Origin: a virus
Lineage: Duplodnaviria; Caudoviricetes
Reading direction: 5' to 3' (one strand)
DNA: 25,442 nucleotides
Virus record (IMG/VR): IMGVR_UViG_3300026980_000022
Coordinates: 1-25,442 of that record
The notes beneath the pieces are model-generated. The model was given only the letters and a program-made list of their open reading frames with translations. It was not told the origin of the DNA and ran no database searches. The position numbers and the translations under genes were made by a program. This document shows, piece after piece, positions 1 through 8,585 of the stretch (position 1 is the first letter of the stretch; the number at the start of each line of letters is the position of its first letter).

Positions 1-600
1 ATCAACCGTATTTATCTCGGTCGAGTCGGATGCCGCCTGCGTGACGTCGCCGGCGATACTGGCCACTTCCTGGATTGCTGTCGCTATCGTCGCGAGCGTA
101 GATATTCCCGCAGGGGTTATTTTGTTTTCCAGGTCTGTCGCTGCGTCGTTCCACCCGATTATATATCCTGCTTCCGGATCCGGTAACGTTGCCGACGCAG
201 TGCTGGTCTCGGAAAATCCGATCTTGCGATTGATTTGCTCCAACAGTTGCTGATCACGCATGGCTGCCCGATCAAGAGCATTTTCATGGGCGCTCGCGGG
301 AAATTGCCCTCCTTCGGGATAGTCCGTTTCTTGCGTCAGCAATAGTTCTCGTTTGACCAGGAGCGCGGTCCCCGCGGCAGGAACAAAGTCCTCCTCGACG
401 GTTACGGTTCCACCGGACTGGAGACCCTCTCCGACAAGCGTATACTCGGAGCCTTCCGTCCAAGGTGTCTCGACGCCGTTCGCGGCGCGATGGATGACTT
501 TGACGTCCTCGTTCTTGAGAAAATAGAAGGGCACGTCGAAGATGGCGGTCACACCATTCCCTGCATAGAGGACCTTGGTGACCTCGGAGCTAATCGTCAT
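1..600 (-). CDS. Tail fibre/tail spike, T7 gp17-like N-terminal adaptor domain (partial, continues beyond window start)
   Basis: Not in the ORF track. My translation from ATG at 600 is open for 200 codons to base 1: MTISSEVTKVLYAGNGVTAIFDVPFYFLKNEDVKV...KRELLLTQETDYPEGGQFPASAHENALDRAAMRDQQLLE. The YxGNG..F..PF and 'HE.ALD' motifs are typical of podophage tail-fibre N-termini. AGGT RBS-like sequence upstream. Confidence 0.85.
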   Translation of the reverse strand, partial: MTISSEVTKVLYAGNGVTAIFDVPFYFLKNEDVKVIHRAANGVETPWTEGSEYTLVGEGLQSGGTVTVEEDFVPAAGTALLVKRELLLTQETDYPEGGQFPASAHENALDRAAMRDQQLLEQINRKIGFSETSTASATLPDPEAGYIIGWNDAATDLENKITPAGISTLATIATAIQEVASIAGDVTQAASDSTEINTVD

Positions 601-658
601 GAAATAACCTTGGATTTGGGTTGGCGTAACCGTCCTTCTGCTCCGACACAGATAGACT

Positions 659-1111
659 TCACTTTATGAAAGGTGCGACTTTCGCCGCTCCGGTAAGAAG
701 CGTGGTTCCCGCGCTGTAGTAGCTTTGGCTCTTCGCGGCTCGTCCCTGCATTCGGTATAAGTTCGCCTTGTTGAGGGAATCGTTGGCCGATGCATCCCCC
801 CGGGAACGGATCATCCGGGCCTCGAGTTCCGCGTCGGCCGCCGTATCGATCTGGCTTAACAGCGGCGAGCCCGATGTCAGATCCGCACCGCGCGCGGCAA
901 ACAAGGCACGTTGCCGGCCAAGCGCCGCGCTGTGCTGCTGGCGGGCTTGCCGCTCCTGGCTTGCAGCCAGCTTCCGCTGATACTCTGCTTGCTGGGCTGC
1001 GACAGCCGCCTGATATTTCGCCTGTGCCGATGCCGCTTTCCCGCTGGAAATTGCACCCGCCGCGCTAACAGCGGTTGCTGCGGCAATGAGAAATGGTTCA
1101 GTTCCGCTCAT
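659..1111 (-). CDS. Internal virion (ejection) protein, T7 gp14-like
   Basis: Ala/Gly-rich hydrophobic N-terminus, Q/A-rich coiled coil, 'GRQRALFAARGADLTSGSPL' motif. Position after the gp12/gp13-like genes. GAGGT RBS. Confidence 0.75.
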   Translation of the reverse strand: MSGTEPFLIAAATAVSAAGAISSGKAASAQAKYQAAVAAQQAEYQRKLAASQERQARQQHSAALGRQRALFAARGADLTSGSPLLSQIDTAADAELEARMIRSRGDASANDSLNKANLYRMQGRAAKSQSYYSAGTTLLTGAAKVAPFIK

Positions 1112-1532
1112 ATTTATACCTCACTAGGGCTTCATTCGAAGGGCTCCGGAGGATGGGTGCTTCGGCGTCCTTTGCGAAACCGAGCCGCTGTAACCATCTG
1201 TGCCCCTCGAGGTGGTCTGCGACGGCAGTCGCGTAAAATCTCCGATGGCAAGACGATCTCAGAATGAGCCGCCACGTCTTGACGGCGGTCCGGTGCAACA
1301 AGAACGGACGCGCGCGCAACGCATCGGAAAGAATCATCCAGACCGTCGCGTCATCATCCGAAAGCTCGATGATGCCGCCGCAACCGAGAATTTCTCCGTC
1401 ATACAAGCTGAATGCCGTACCCGGAACCATGCTCGACGGATCGAGATATCCCAGAGATCTTCTTTCGAGGCCTCCCAGGGATATCTGCCTAATGTGGTCA
1501 CGCTTGAATGGGATCAACCTGGCCGAGGTCAC
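1098..1532 (-). CDS. T7 gp13-like / GNAT-fold virion assembly protein
   Basis: Start revised to GTG at 1532, which overlaps the nozzle stop codon (GTGA). 144 aa with 'GEILGCGGI', 'VWMILS' and 'HRWLQRLGF' GNAT-like motifs. Syntenic with gp13. Confidence 0.7.
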   Translation of the reverse strand: MTSARLIPFKRDHIRQISLGGLERRSLGYLDPSSMVPGTAFSLYDGEILGCGGIIELSDDDATVWMILSDALRARPFLLHRTAVKTWRLILRSSCHRRFYATAVADHLEGHRWLQRLGFAKDAEAPILRSPSNEALVRYKYERN

Positions 1533-4183
1533 CTTGGATTGACCTTGATGCGGGGGCTCAGCGCCAGAAGCGTAAACGGCACCGGATCGTCGCCCTGAAT
1601 GCACACCCGAGTGTCGGTGGCATAGTCGCTGTCGAACTCGGCAAATTTCTCGCCGGAGAACAAGGGGACTGCCGCATTCATAGCATCTGCGACATCGCGA
1701 AATGGAACCGTCTGAAGGTTTTGTGGCGTCGGCCCAATTTTCGCGTTGAGTGACTCTGCGAGCATCAAGGTGACGCCGTCGATCCGTTTCGTCTGTCCCT
1801 GCGCCGTACCCTGCGGGGATCCTCCTTCCCATTTCAGGCTTTCGAAGGCATGAGTATAGCCGAGCCCCACATGCACGCGTGCTGCGGGTTCATCCAAGGT
1901 AATGCCGCCACCGGTTACCACCTTGTCGGCGTGCACGGCCCCGTCGGTCAATACTTTAACGGTCTCTCCCTCCAGATGGTTCAGGCCACTGATGGTCGAT
2001 ACCTTCTTTCGAACGCAGCCGCCGGAAACGAAGTTTGAATAACCGGTTCCGTCGACCGCCACCGGCGTATCATCGACGCTAAATAGCTCGAAATCGTTGG
2101 TGGTAACGTTTTTGACGGTGAAAGATTTGCCGTTCAGTTCTGCCATACCCATAACGTCATCAATCCGAATTTCGTCATCGTTGGCTAATCCATGAGCGAT
2201 AGCGGTGACGACCACCGGACTTGCCTGGGTCGCGCCGGAAATTTCGATCGGATCGTCGAGCGACAGTCCGCCGTCCACAAAGAAGGCGTCCGACTGATCG
2301 TCTCCGGTTTCGAATTCGGCTTCAAAGAATTCGACGAAACGCGTGGTGGCTCCGTTGACTGTCCGTTTGCAGATAATCCAAGCTTCATCCCGATTAACGC
2401 CGGGAATAACCGCGACCGATTCGGCAACGGCGTTTCCTGCTTGATACGAACCGCCTAGGATCTGCCGGCCCCAGCCGATGACGTTCTGATCGGGCTGATA
2501 GGTAAATGTCGGCATCACCCCATCGGACCGGACGCACCACAACGTCGAGTTCAGCTCTTGCTGATATACCATTGTTTCGAGACCACCCTTGGTCACGTGA
2601 TCCGCAAGCAGCGTCATATCGAGCGATTGGATACCGTCCAGCTCGATGTCATAGGCAAGTTCGAGAACTTTGCGGCGCGCTTTCTGCAAATAGACCAAGC
2701 GGCCACGCATCAGCGCCGGGTCTACCCGAGCCGAGCCGTAGGCCGTTTGCCGCTTCACGTCGATATCGGTGGGAGTCAGAACCGGTCCGTTGGACTTAAC
2801 GGTCCACTCACCCCCTGCCGTACCGATCAGCAGATTGCCCTGATAGGCAAGCATCCAGCGGATGACATTCACCTGATCGGCCGAGATGGTGTAATCGATG
2901 GCATCGTCGTCTTCTACCGAGCCATCGTTCGTGTCGTCCCGGTTGTCCGGAGTCATGTTCTCGAAATCAGCCGACTGACTGAGCCAAAATGTCTGTGGCT
3001 GGTTTGAGGACCCCGCAAAACCGAGCCGCTGTTCGAAGAAGAAAACAACGCCCGGATACCCCGTCGTTCCGCTCCAGGCACCTAACCGCCAAGTCGTTTG
3101 CGCAGTTGGCGAAGACTCGAAATTGTGGAGAACATTGGCGGCAACCTGCGTCGTCGTATTGACGGCGGTAATCACTGCAGTTCCCCAGTTTGCCGACTTC
3201 TTGTAGCGGATCAACCTGCCGACATCGGTGCCTAGGAACCCCTGCCCCTCATTGATGCCGGTCGTGGAGGACGCATTGATTGTGATGGCGCCGCTGTTTG
3301 AACTCGGTGTCAGCGTCGTTCCGGTTGAGTTCTCGCGTAGATACGGACCGTCGTCGAATTCCACTTCGGTGAGAGACCAAGCGGAGTGGCCGGACCGCTC
3401 CAGCTTGTGGACGGGGTGGTTTTCGTGACACAGATAAAGGACATCCGCCGATTGCGCGAAGTTGAGCGTCGGCAGATTTTCCTCCACATAGGGCGTATCG
3501 ATCTCGACGGGTGTATCGTCTAAAAAACCGACATCATCCAACGAAGGCGTGCCGGACGATTGGCTGAATCGGACATAAAATGTGGCGACGCCGGGTGTGA
3601 ACGGGAAGCAATGAAACCCCACTCCGAACTCGACATCCGATTGGATCTCTCCCCCACCAGAAGTCGTTCCCACCCGGAATTTCAGCTTGGCGCCCGCGAT
3701 TCCAAGGATGCGGAACTTAATCACGTGTTCCTTGGTTTTGTTGCCATCGGCGATGTCAATTTGTTGGATCAGTTCACCGCTTGATGAAAACTCCGCCTTA
3801 TCGGTCGAATGGCTGACGCTAGAGGCCGTCCACCCGCTAAGGTCACTGTCGAAGGATCCGTTCGTGATCGCCGCATCCGTGTCATCGACGACGATCTGGC
3901 CGCGGTCCTTGAAGAACCGGAAATATTTCTCGCCGGCTTCCAGGATATAGGCCTGTTCTTCGGAGAACTCGAAAGGTAGCAACCGGCCTTTCTCGGTCGA
4001 ATCCTTGACGGTCGCAACATAGCGCGTGCCCGACCGCCGTATCGCCCCCCCTTGCGGCAGGGGCAGCATGTTTTGGAGCTTGGCGCAGGCCAGCGGGTAT
4101 TTATTGAAATCCGTGCGCGCCGCCATGCGCGGACTGAACTCGCCAGCGTTAAAGCTCGGCTGAAGCGGTGTGATCTTGGGCAT
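1529..4183 (-). CDS. Tail tubular protein B / nozzle (T7 gp12-like) with two inserted beta domains
   Basis: N-terminal 'QPSFNAGEFSPRMAARTDFNKY...PQGGAIRRSGT', 'FAQSADVLYLCH', 'YPGVVFFFEQRLGFAG' and C-terminal 'QTKRIDGVTL' motifs. 884 aa, immediately after the adaptor gene. Confidence 0.9.
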   Translation of the reverse strand: MPKITPLQPSFNAGEFSPRMAARTDFNKYPLACAKLQNMLPLPQGGAIRRSGTRYVATVKDSTEKGRLLPFEFSEEQAYILEAGEKYFRFFKDRGQIVVDDTDAAITNGSFDSDLSGWTASSVSHSTDKAEFSSSGELIQQIDIADGNKTKEHVIKFRILGIAGAKLKFRVGTTSGGGEIQSDVEFGVGFHCFPFTPGVATFYVRFSQSSGTPSLDDVGFLDDTPVEIDTPYVEENLPTLNFAQSADVLYLCHENHPVHKLERSGHSAWSLTEVEFDDGPYLRENSTGTTLTPSSNSGAITINASSTTGINEGQGFLGTDVGRLIRYKKSANWGTAVITAVNTTTQVAANVLHNFESSPTAQTTWRLGAWSGTTGYPGVVFFFEQRLGFAGSSNQPQTFWLSQSADFENMTPDNRDDTNDGSVEDDDAIDYTISADQVNVIRWMLAYQGNLLIGTAGGEWTVKSNGPVLTPTDIDVKRQTAYGSARVDPALMRGRLVYLQKARRKVLELAYDIELDGIQSLDMTLLADHVTKGGLETMVYQQELNSTLWCVRSDGVMPTFTYQPDQNVIGWGRQILGGSYQAGNAVAESVAVIPGVNRDEAWIICKRTVNGATTRFVEFFEAEFETGDDQSDAFFVDGGLSLDDPIEISGATQASPVVVTAIAHGLANDDEIRIDDVMGMAELNGKSFTVKNVTTNDFELFSVDDTPVAVDGTGYSNFVSGGCVRKKVSTISGLNHLEGETVKVLTDGAVHADKVVTGGGITLDEPAARVHVGLGYTHAFESLKWEGGSPQGTAQGQTKRIDGVTLMLAESLNAKIGPTPQNLQTVPFRDVADAMNAAVPLFSGEKFAEFDSDYATDTRVCIQGDDPVPFTLLALSPRIKVNPR

Positions 4184-4756
4184 CTAAAATCGCTCCGAAA
4201 CCCACGCAGGATCCGGTTCGGTCTCGGGGAAATCCTCGATGGCATCGATGCTTTTTGCCTTAGACAGATGATCATCAAGGCCGTCCCGCATCTGTTCACG
4301 TGTCGTTGACGACTGGGTAATGGGAATGGCGAGGTCCGACGCGACCGCCCAGGCCAACGTTTCACGGAACAACGCATCCATATCGTTGGGGTCCGTCACT
4401 TGCCGGATATAACGGAGATAAATATCTGTCGCGTTGGACAGCAACGTCCTGCCTTCGATCTTGTAGGCAATGCCACCCGTCGCACTCTCATCGTCATGCA
4501 CGGACACGACCCGGAGAAAGTCCGTCGGCAATTGAAAAACGTAATCGAACCCAAAGGTCGGCGCGTCGGCGAGACGCGCGAGCTTGCGCCGCGCAATGGC
4601 GAAATTCCAGGCGTGCGACCGCAATAGGTCGTCGCGCACTTTTTCATACTGCTCGTCGCACAAATTGGCGTTCTTTGACCCCTCAGTGAGCGAGATGATC
4701 CGCGTTGCGCCAAGTTTGACGAGCGCGGAATTGCAGATACCGACAACCGATGCCAT
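4184..4756 (-). CDS. Tail tubular protein A / head-tail adaptor (T7 gp11-like)
   Basis: 'SVVGICNSALVKLGA..I.SLTEGS..A.LC...Y...RD.LLRSHAWNFA' and 'QLPTDFLRV' motifs. GAGG RBS. Confidence 0.9.
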   Translation of the reverse strand: MASVVGICNSALVKLGATRIISLTEGSKNANLCDEQYEKVRDDLLRSHAWNFAIARRKLARLADAPTFGFDYVFQLPTDFLRVVSVHDDESATGGIAYKIEGRTLLSNATDIYLRYIRQVTDPNDMDALFRETLAWAVASDLAIPITQSSTTREQMRDGLDDHLSKAKSIDAIEDFPETEPDPAWVSERF

Positions 4757-4759
4757 GGA

Positions 4760-5131
4760 TTAGCCCTCCTTAGTCGTGCGTTTCCTGGAACGCGCTGGTT
4801 TTCGCGTTTCGGCGGCCGGCATCTCCGCCGACGGCACCAGCCTGAAGGTCCGGAGACCCGCCTCGACGATGTCGAGCCCACCAAAATCGGCGAGCCACAC
4901 CCCTGGTCGCGTCTCGTCCACCGCCGTCACCACGAACAGGCCGATGGCCGGCTGATCGGCGAGCCCGGCATAGACGAGGATCAAATCGCCGCGCCGCACC
5001 AGCCGCGCCGCGCCCGCGAAATAGCCGTCGGCGGCAACCTGCGTCAGCGGATCTTCGGTCTCGTAGGCGAAGATCGAAAACGATCGCGTCACTTGGCTCA
5101 ACGGCGTCAGGGATTGCGAGGAGAACGGCAT
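4760..5131 (-). CDS. Putative capsid decoration/minor virion protein, paralog of 5229..5492
   Basis: Start revised to ATG 5131 (AAGGA RBS); the track start lies within the terminator region. 'FAYETEDPLTQVAADGYFAGAARLVRRGDLI' aligns with the neighbour's 'WHYKTTDALATVNTSGYFNDAAAMVNVGDII'. Confidence 0.6.
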   Translation of the reverse strand: MPFSSQSLTPLSQVTRSFSIFAYETEDPLTQVAADGYFAGAARLVRRGDLILVYAGLADQPAIGLFVVTAVDETRPGVWLADFGGLDIVEAGLRTFRLVPSAEMPAAETRKPARSRKRTTKEG

Positions 5132-5168
5132 GCGTCGGTCCTTTCCCGGTCGAACAGGTTTTGTGTGT

Positions 5169-5204
5169 AAAAAGAAACGGGGCGGTCCTTTTCCGAACCG
5201 CCCC
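5169..5204 (-). terminator. Intrinsic terminator downstream of capsid/decoration genes
   Basis: Minus strand GGGGCGGTTC-GGAAAAG-GACCGCCCC followed by GTTTCTTTTT. Position analogous to T7 Tphi. Confidence 0.8.
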
Positions 5205-5228
5205 ATCCTTTATCCCAATAGCCGAGGG

Positions 5229-5492
5229 TTAGTCGGCGTCGGCTACCGACACGGCCGTCCCGTCGGAAACATCCACCGTGGAACCGTCGTTGGACAGAAC
5301 CACCATGAGCGTCACCGTCGGCGTCGCGGTGTCGTAGGAGATGATGATGTCGCCGACATTCACCATGGCGGCGGCATCGTTGAAATACCCGGAGGTATTG
5401 ACGGTCGCAAGGGCGTCCGTGGTTTTGTAGTGCCACAGGCCGAAACCATTCGCGCCGCCAATCCGGGCCAGTCCGGAGCTTGCATAAGCCAT
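5229..5492 (-). CDS. Putative capsid decoration/cement protein
   Basis: 87 aa directly after the MCP with a strong GGAGG RBS. The 'YKTTDALATVNTSGYFN...GDII' motif is one I recognise from genes following the MCP in related podophages. Confidence 0.65.
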   Translation of the reverse strand: MAYASSGLARIGGANGFGLWHYKTTDALATVNTSGYFNDAAAMVNVGDIIISYDTATPTVTLMVVLSNDGSTVDVSDGTAVSVADAD

Positions 5493-5505
5493 CGGTCAGC
5501 CCTCC

Positions 5506-6336
5506 TTAGGATTCTTGGCAGATGATTTCGACGACGCCATTGCCGTCGATCAGGCTCGCGCCCTGGCTCATCATGTTGTTGACGAACCACGACGCCCGGT
5601 CGCCATGCCAGGTGATATCCGACGTCACGTCGGCCCCGCAGGCATGGCCCACGGCGTCCTCGTGATACCAGAACACCTTGCGGTCGGAACCGGATTTGGG
5701 CAGCCCCGAATGGGTCATCCAAACGGTGCCCATCCAGCGCTTCACCTCGGCGCCCATCGGCAGTTTGAACGGCAGATCGTCCATCCCGACGTAATCCGAC
5801 GAAGCGAACTCCGGCAGATCGAGTAGTTCGGTCCACTGCTCATAACCGATGGCCGCATACATGCGGCCCGCCTCGAACACGTTGTTGTCGCCGAGGGTTT
5901 CGTAGGCCTGATAGACCTTGGTCTTGGTCAGGCCGGCACCACCCGCGGCGATGCTGTTCGAGGTGCCGTCGAGCGCCGTAATGATGAGCTCGTCCGTTTT
6001 GCGGCCGAGCGCCCAGGCGCCCGCCTCGACGATGACGCGCCGCTCGTCGTGCGCGTTCTTGATGTCGTCGAGCTTGTCCACCCAGTCGCCGGCGTACCAG
6101 TCGGACAGGGTGCACTCGACCGGAGAGTGGTCGAGGTTCATCGGCGCCACGGTGCCGTGACGGGCTTTCGTCGTCGCGGTGCCGGTGCCGATCTTTTGGA
6201 ACGTCGTCGAAGAACCCTTGACGTTGTTCCGGTGCCGCACGGTATTCCGCAGTTTGGAACCGCGCAGCTGGTAGGCTTGATGGACCTCGCGTTCGTACTG
6301 TTTGACGAAACTGAGGTCGACAGTCGGAGTAGGCAT
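5506..6336 (-). CDS. Major capsid protein (podovirus type)
   Basis: 'FVKQYEREVHQAYQLRGSKLRNTVR', 'F.KIG.G.A..K.RHG', 'AGAWALGRKTDELII.AL' and 'WMGTVWMTHSGLP' motifs. Follows the scaffold gene. Confidence 0.92.
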   Translation of the reverse strand: MPTPTVDLSFVKQYEREVHQAYQLRGSKLRNTVRHRNNVKGSSTTFQKIGTGTATTKARHGTVAPMNLDHSPVECTLSDWYAGDWVDKLDDIKNAHDERRVIVEAGAWALGRKTDELIITALDGTSNSIAAGGAGLTKTKVYQAYETLGDNNVFEAGRMYAAIGYEQWTELLDLPEFASSDYVGMDDLPFKLPMGAEVKRWMGTVWMTHSGLPKSGSDRKVFWYHEDAVGHACGADVTSDITWHGDRASWFVNNMMSQGASLIDGNGVVEIICQES

Positions 6337-6563
6337 ATCGTATCCCCGATGTGGTTGACGGGATGCCGCGCCCGCGCGCGGCGCTCAACCGCGCCGGTGG
6401 TTGTCCATTACAATGCGTTGTTCGGTTTCCCCGGTTAGCCGGAACCGTAAATTGGCATCGCAAGGGCCATCGAAGAGAGGTTGGTGGTGAATGCCGCATC
6501 CACCGGGGCCGCAAATGCGAGGTTCCCCCGGGGATGCGGTTTTTCAGCCCGCTGGAATATGTG

Positions 6564-7424
6564 TCAGCCGGACCTGAAAACACTGTTCGGCGTCGTGCCG
6601 GTGACCGGCTCGCTGCCGTGAAGTTGAGCGTTGATCTCGCGGACCCGCCGTTGAACGCTCTCGTTGGACCAATAGTCCCGCCGGTTCATCAGCGCATCCA
6701 ATTCTTGGGCCAGTCCTTGGGAATGACCGTTGCGCCGCCCGTCAGACAGCGTCTCGCCGCCGCCCGTATCGCCGGCTTCGCCCATGCGCCGCCCGATGCG
6801 GGCCAGCATGCGCACCACCTGCTTGTCGCCGACGATCCGCTCCAGCTTGTCGACCGTCTCGGCATCCCCAAAGGTGGTCAGCGCCCGCCGCCCGTATTCC
6901 ATGTTCCTGTCGTAATCCGATCCCCACTCCTTGCGCAGGTCCGCTTCCAGATCGGCGGTCGTGTCCGCCGCCGTCTCCGCGTCGCGCGCGTGCTGTCCGG
7001 CCTGCGCTTCGGTCGCCGCGGCGATTTCCTGGTAGTACCAATCGACGGCCGCCTGCGCCTGCTGCGGCGTCAGACCGATCTCGTGGGCGAGGTGCGAATA
7101 CCGCGCCAGCCGCGCGTCTGCATCCCCGTCCCGTCCCACATCCGGAACAGCAAGGTCGTAGCCGTCGGCACTCTCGGGCACGCCCAGGCGCTTATGGAAC
7201 GCCGCGCGCTCTTCGTCCGAGGCGTGCGCGTCCGGAATTTCCACTGAGCGGCCCAGCTTGCGCTCCAGCTCGGCGTAGGATTTCACGACGTCGGCGGGCG
7301 AGGTGAATTTCTCGGCGACCCGTTGATAGTCGGCACCGACCTCTGTGCGCCAGGACGCCGCGTCGCTATCGGCGCCCCCGCCATATGTCTCGAAGGAGGG
7401 ATTGCCCGTGTCGTTCGGATCCAT
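6564..7424 (-). CDS. Capsid scaffolding/assembly protein
   Basis: 'KF.S..D..KSY.ELERKLG', 'LGVPESADGY', 'AHEIGLTPQQAQ', 'LRKEWGSDYDRN' motifs. Directly upstream of the MCP. Confidence 0.85.
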   Translation of the reverse strand: MDPNDTGNPSFETYGGGADSDAASWRTEVGADYQRVAEKFTSPADVVKSYAELERKLGRSVEIPDAHASDEERAAFHKRLGVPESADGYDLAVPDVGRDGDADARLARYSHLAHEIGLTPQQAQAAVDWYYQEIAAATEAQAGQHARDAETAADTTADLEADLRKEWGSDYDRNMEYGRRALTTFGDAETVDKLERIVGDKQVVRMLARIGRRMGEAGDTGGGETLSDGRRNGHSQGLAQELDALMNRRDYWSNESVQRRVREINAQLHGSEPVTGTTPNSVFRSG

Positions 7425-7427
7425 GTC

Positions 7428-7787
7428 TTACTCCTCTGTTGGGTCCTCGGTTTCCGCCGCTTCCGCCGCCTCGGCGGGTTCTGCGTTGATCACCGCCAGG
7501 ATCTTGAGCCCGATATTGCGCTCGCCGTCGCGGTAGTGCGTGGCATAGGCGTCCCCCGGCACATAGGCGGGCTGGAACAGCCGCGCCCAGGTGAGGATTT
7601 CATAGAGCACCCGCTTGCCCCGCTTATCGGACAGAAACACCGCCCGGAAATCCTGATAACGTTCGAGATCACCGTAGCCCGTGCCCGTATGCGCCCGGCC
7701 GAGATCGGCGAACAGCACCTCGGGATCGGGACGTCCGATTTTCGCCCCGCCGCTGAGCCATGTTTTCATGCGATCAATGACGCTCAT
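7428..7787 (-). CDS. Bbp19-like phage protein
   Basis: Start revised to ATG 7787 (ATGA overlap with the upstream ORF). 'FRAVF....GKRVL..I......F...Y.PGD.YAT.YRDGERNIGL.I' motif, typical of the gene between portal and scaffold. Confidence 0.7.
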   Translation of the reverse strand: MSVIDRMKTWLSGGAKIGRPDPEVLFADLGRAHTGTGYGDLERYQDFRAVFLSDKRGKRVLYEILTWARLFQPAYVPGDAYATHYRDGERNIGLKILAVINAEPAEAAEAAETEDPTEE

Positions 7788-7957
7788 CGGTCCATCACCT
7801 TGTACGCACCCTCGCAACGCTCCGGCGCGCCGGGGTTCCGCCGTGCCTCCATGGAGGCCTGGATCTTCAGCGCCTGCGCGCGAGTGCGTTCCGCCATATA
7901 GCGCTCGAGGCGCGCCTCATCGCCGTCCGTCTCGCCCTTGTGGGCCGGATCGTTCAT
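7784..7957 (-). CDS. Small hypothetical protein (57 aa)
   Basis: ATG 7957 with AAGGA RBS. Stop codon overlaps the start of the Bbp19-like gene (translational coupling). Confidence 0.5.
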   Translation of the reverse strand: MNDPAHKGETDGDEARLERYMAERTRAQALKIQASMEARRNPGAPERCEGAYKVMDR

Positions 7958-8103
7958 TATCGTGTCCTTATTGATGTTCAGGGGCGGCGCCGGACCGGCC
8001 ACGGGAAAGGCCTGGCCTCTGCGGCCCATCCGGCGCCGCGGCCGCGCGCGGACCAGGCTCCGCCGGCGGCGTGTCTACGGAATTTTTATGGGGTTGCCGC
8101 GGG

Positions 8104-8478
8104 CTAGTACCCGCGTTTGCGCTTTAGTAGCTTACCCGTCTTCGGGTCGATCTCGATATCCACGCCGGGCGTCTCTCCCCAAAGCTTTCCCTTCTCATCG
8201 AGGTAGATTCCAAAATAAGCGTCAGGAACCTTGGGATTTGCGGGGCGGCGCAGACCGTGGTCGGGAACCCGCCACAGTTGGTTGCCTTCGAGATCATAGG
8301 CAAGAACGTTGCGCCCCACCAACATGTCGCCCTTGTCGTATTCGTCAGAATTGAGCAAGACGATGACCTTATCGTCGACAATAAGATACTGCACCACGGG
8401 TTTATCCAATTGAACCGATCGCCCACCGAATTCCAAAACGTTTTGAGAAGATTGTTTCACGTCCATGACACGCTTCAT
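8104..8478 (-). CDS. Putative immunity protein, orphan copy 2
   Basis: 124-aa paralog of 8586..8960 sharing an identical 40-aa block (DLEGNQLW...GKLWG). Preceded by a toxin 3' remnant with the same ATGA overlap. Confidence 0.7.
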   Translation of the reverse strand: MKRVMDVKQSSQNVLEFGGRSVQLDKPVVQYLIVDDKVIVLLNSDEYDKGDMLVGRNVLAYDLEGNQLWRVPDHGLRRPANPKVPDAYFGIYLDEKGKLWGETPGVDIEIDPKTGKLLKRKRGY

Positions 8479-8585
8479 CTTGGAATTCTCTTGGGTTTAC
8501 CAAACCGACTACGCATTAACTCACTTTGAATCTCGTATTATATCGCCCCGCTTGCCCCGCGCGGTTTATGCGGGCGCGCTATGCT
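8475..8585 (-). pseudogene. Decayed orphan copy of the last 36 codons of the toxin gene
   Basis: Translates as SIARPHKPRGASGAI*YEIQSELMRSRFGKPKRIPR* versus the toxin end GIAGPHKTHGTGGAMQYQIQSEFKEDWFGEPQRISQ*. 18/36 identical, ungapped, one internal TAA, no start codon. Confidence 0.88.

Noticed and set aside
1533-1832. N-terminal 100 aa of track ORF 1098..1832
   Set aside because: Overlaps the nozzle gene in another frame. GTG 1532, coupled to the nozzle stop, is the more plausible start.
2015-2255. Ubiquitin E1 FCCH-like domain as a sign of a ubiquitin-like system
   Set aside because: This beta domain is a common insert in phage tail proteins, and no E1, E2, JAB or Ubl genes are present.
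5840-7247. Overlapping ORFs 5840..6583 (-) and 6351..7247 (+)
   Set aside because: Out-of-frame or antisense to the well-supported MCP and scaffold genes. Arg-rich composition is typical of GC-rich shadow frames.
7984-8039. 11-bp inverted repeat GCGGCGCCGGA/TCCGGCGCCGC downstream of the immunity genes
   Set aside because: Lies in very GC-rich sequence with a long loop and no adjacent U-tract, so a function cannot be supported.
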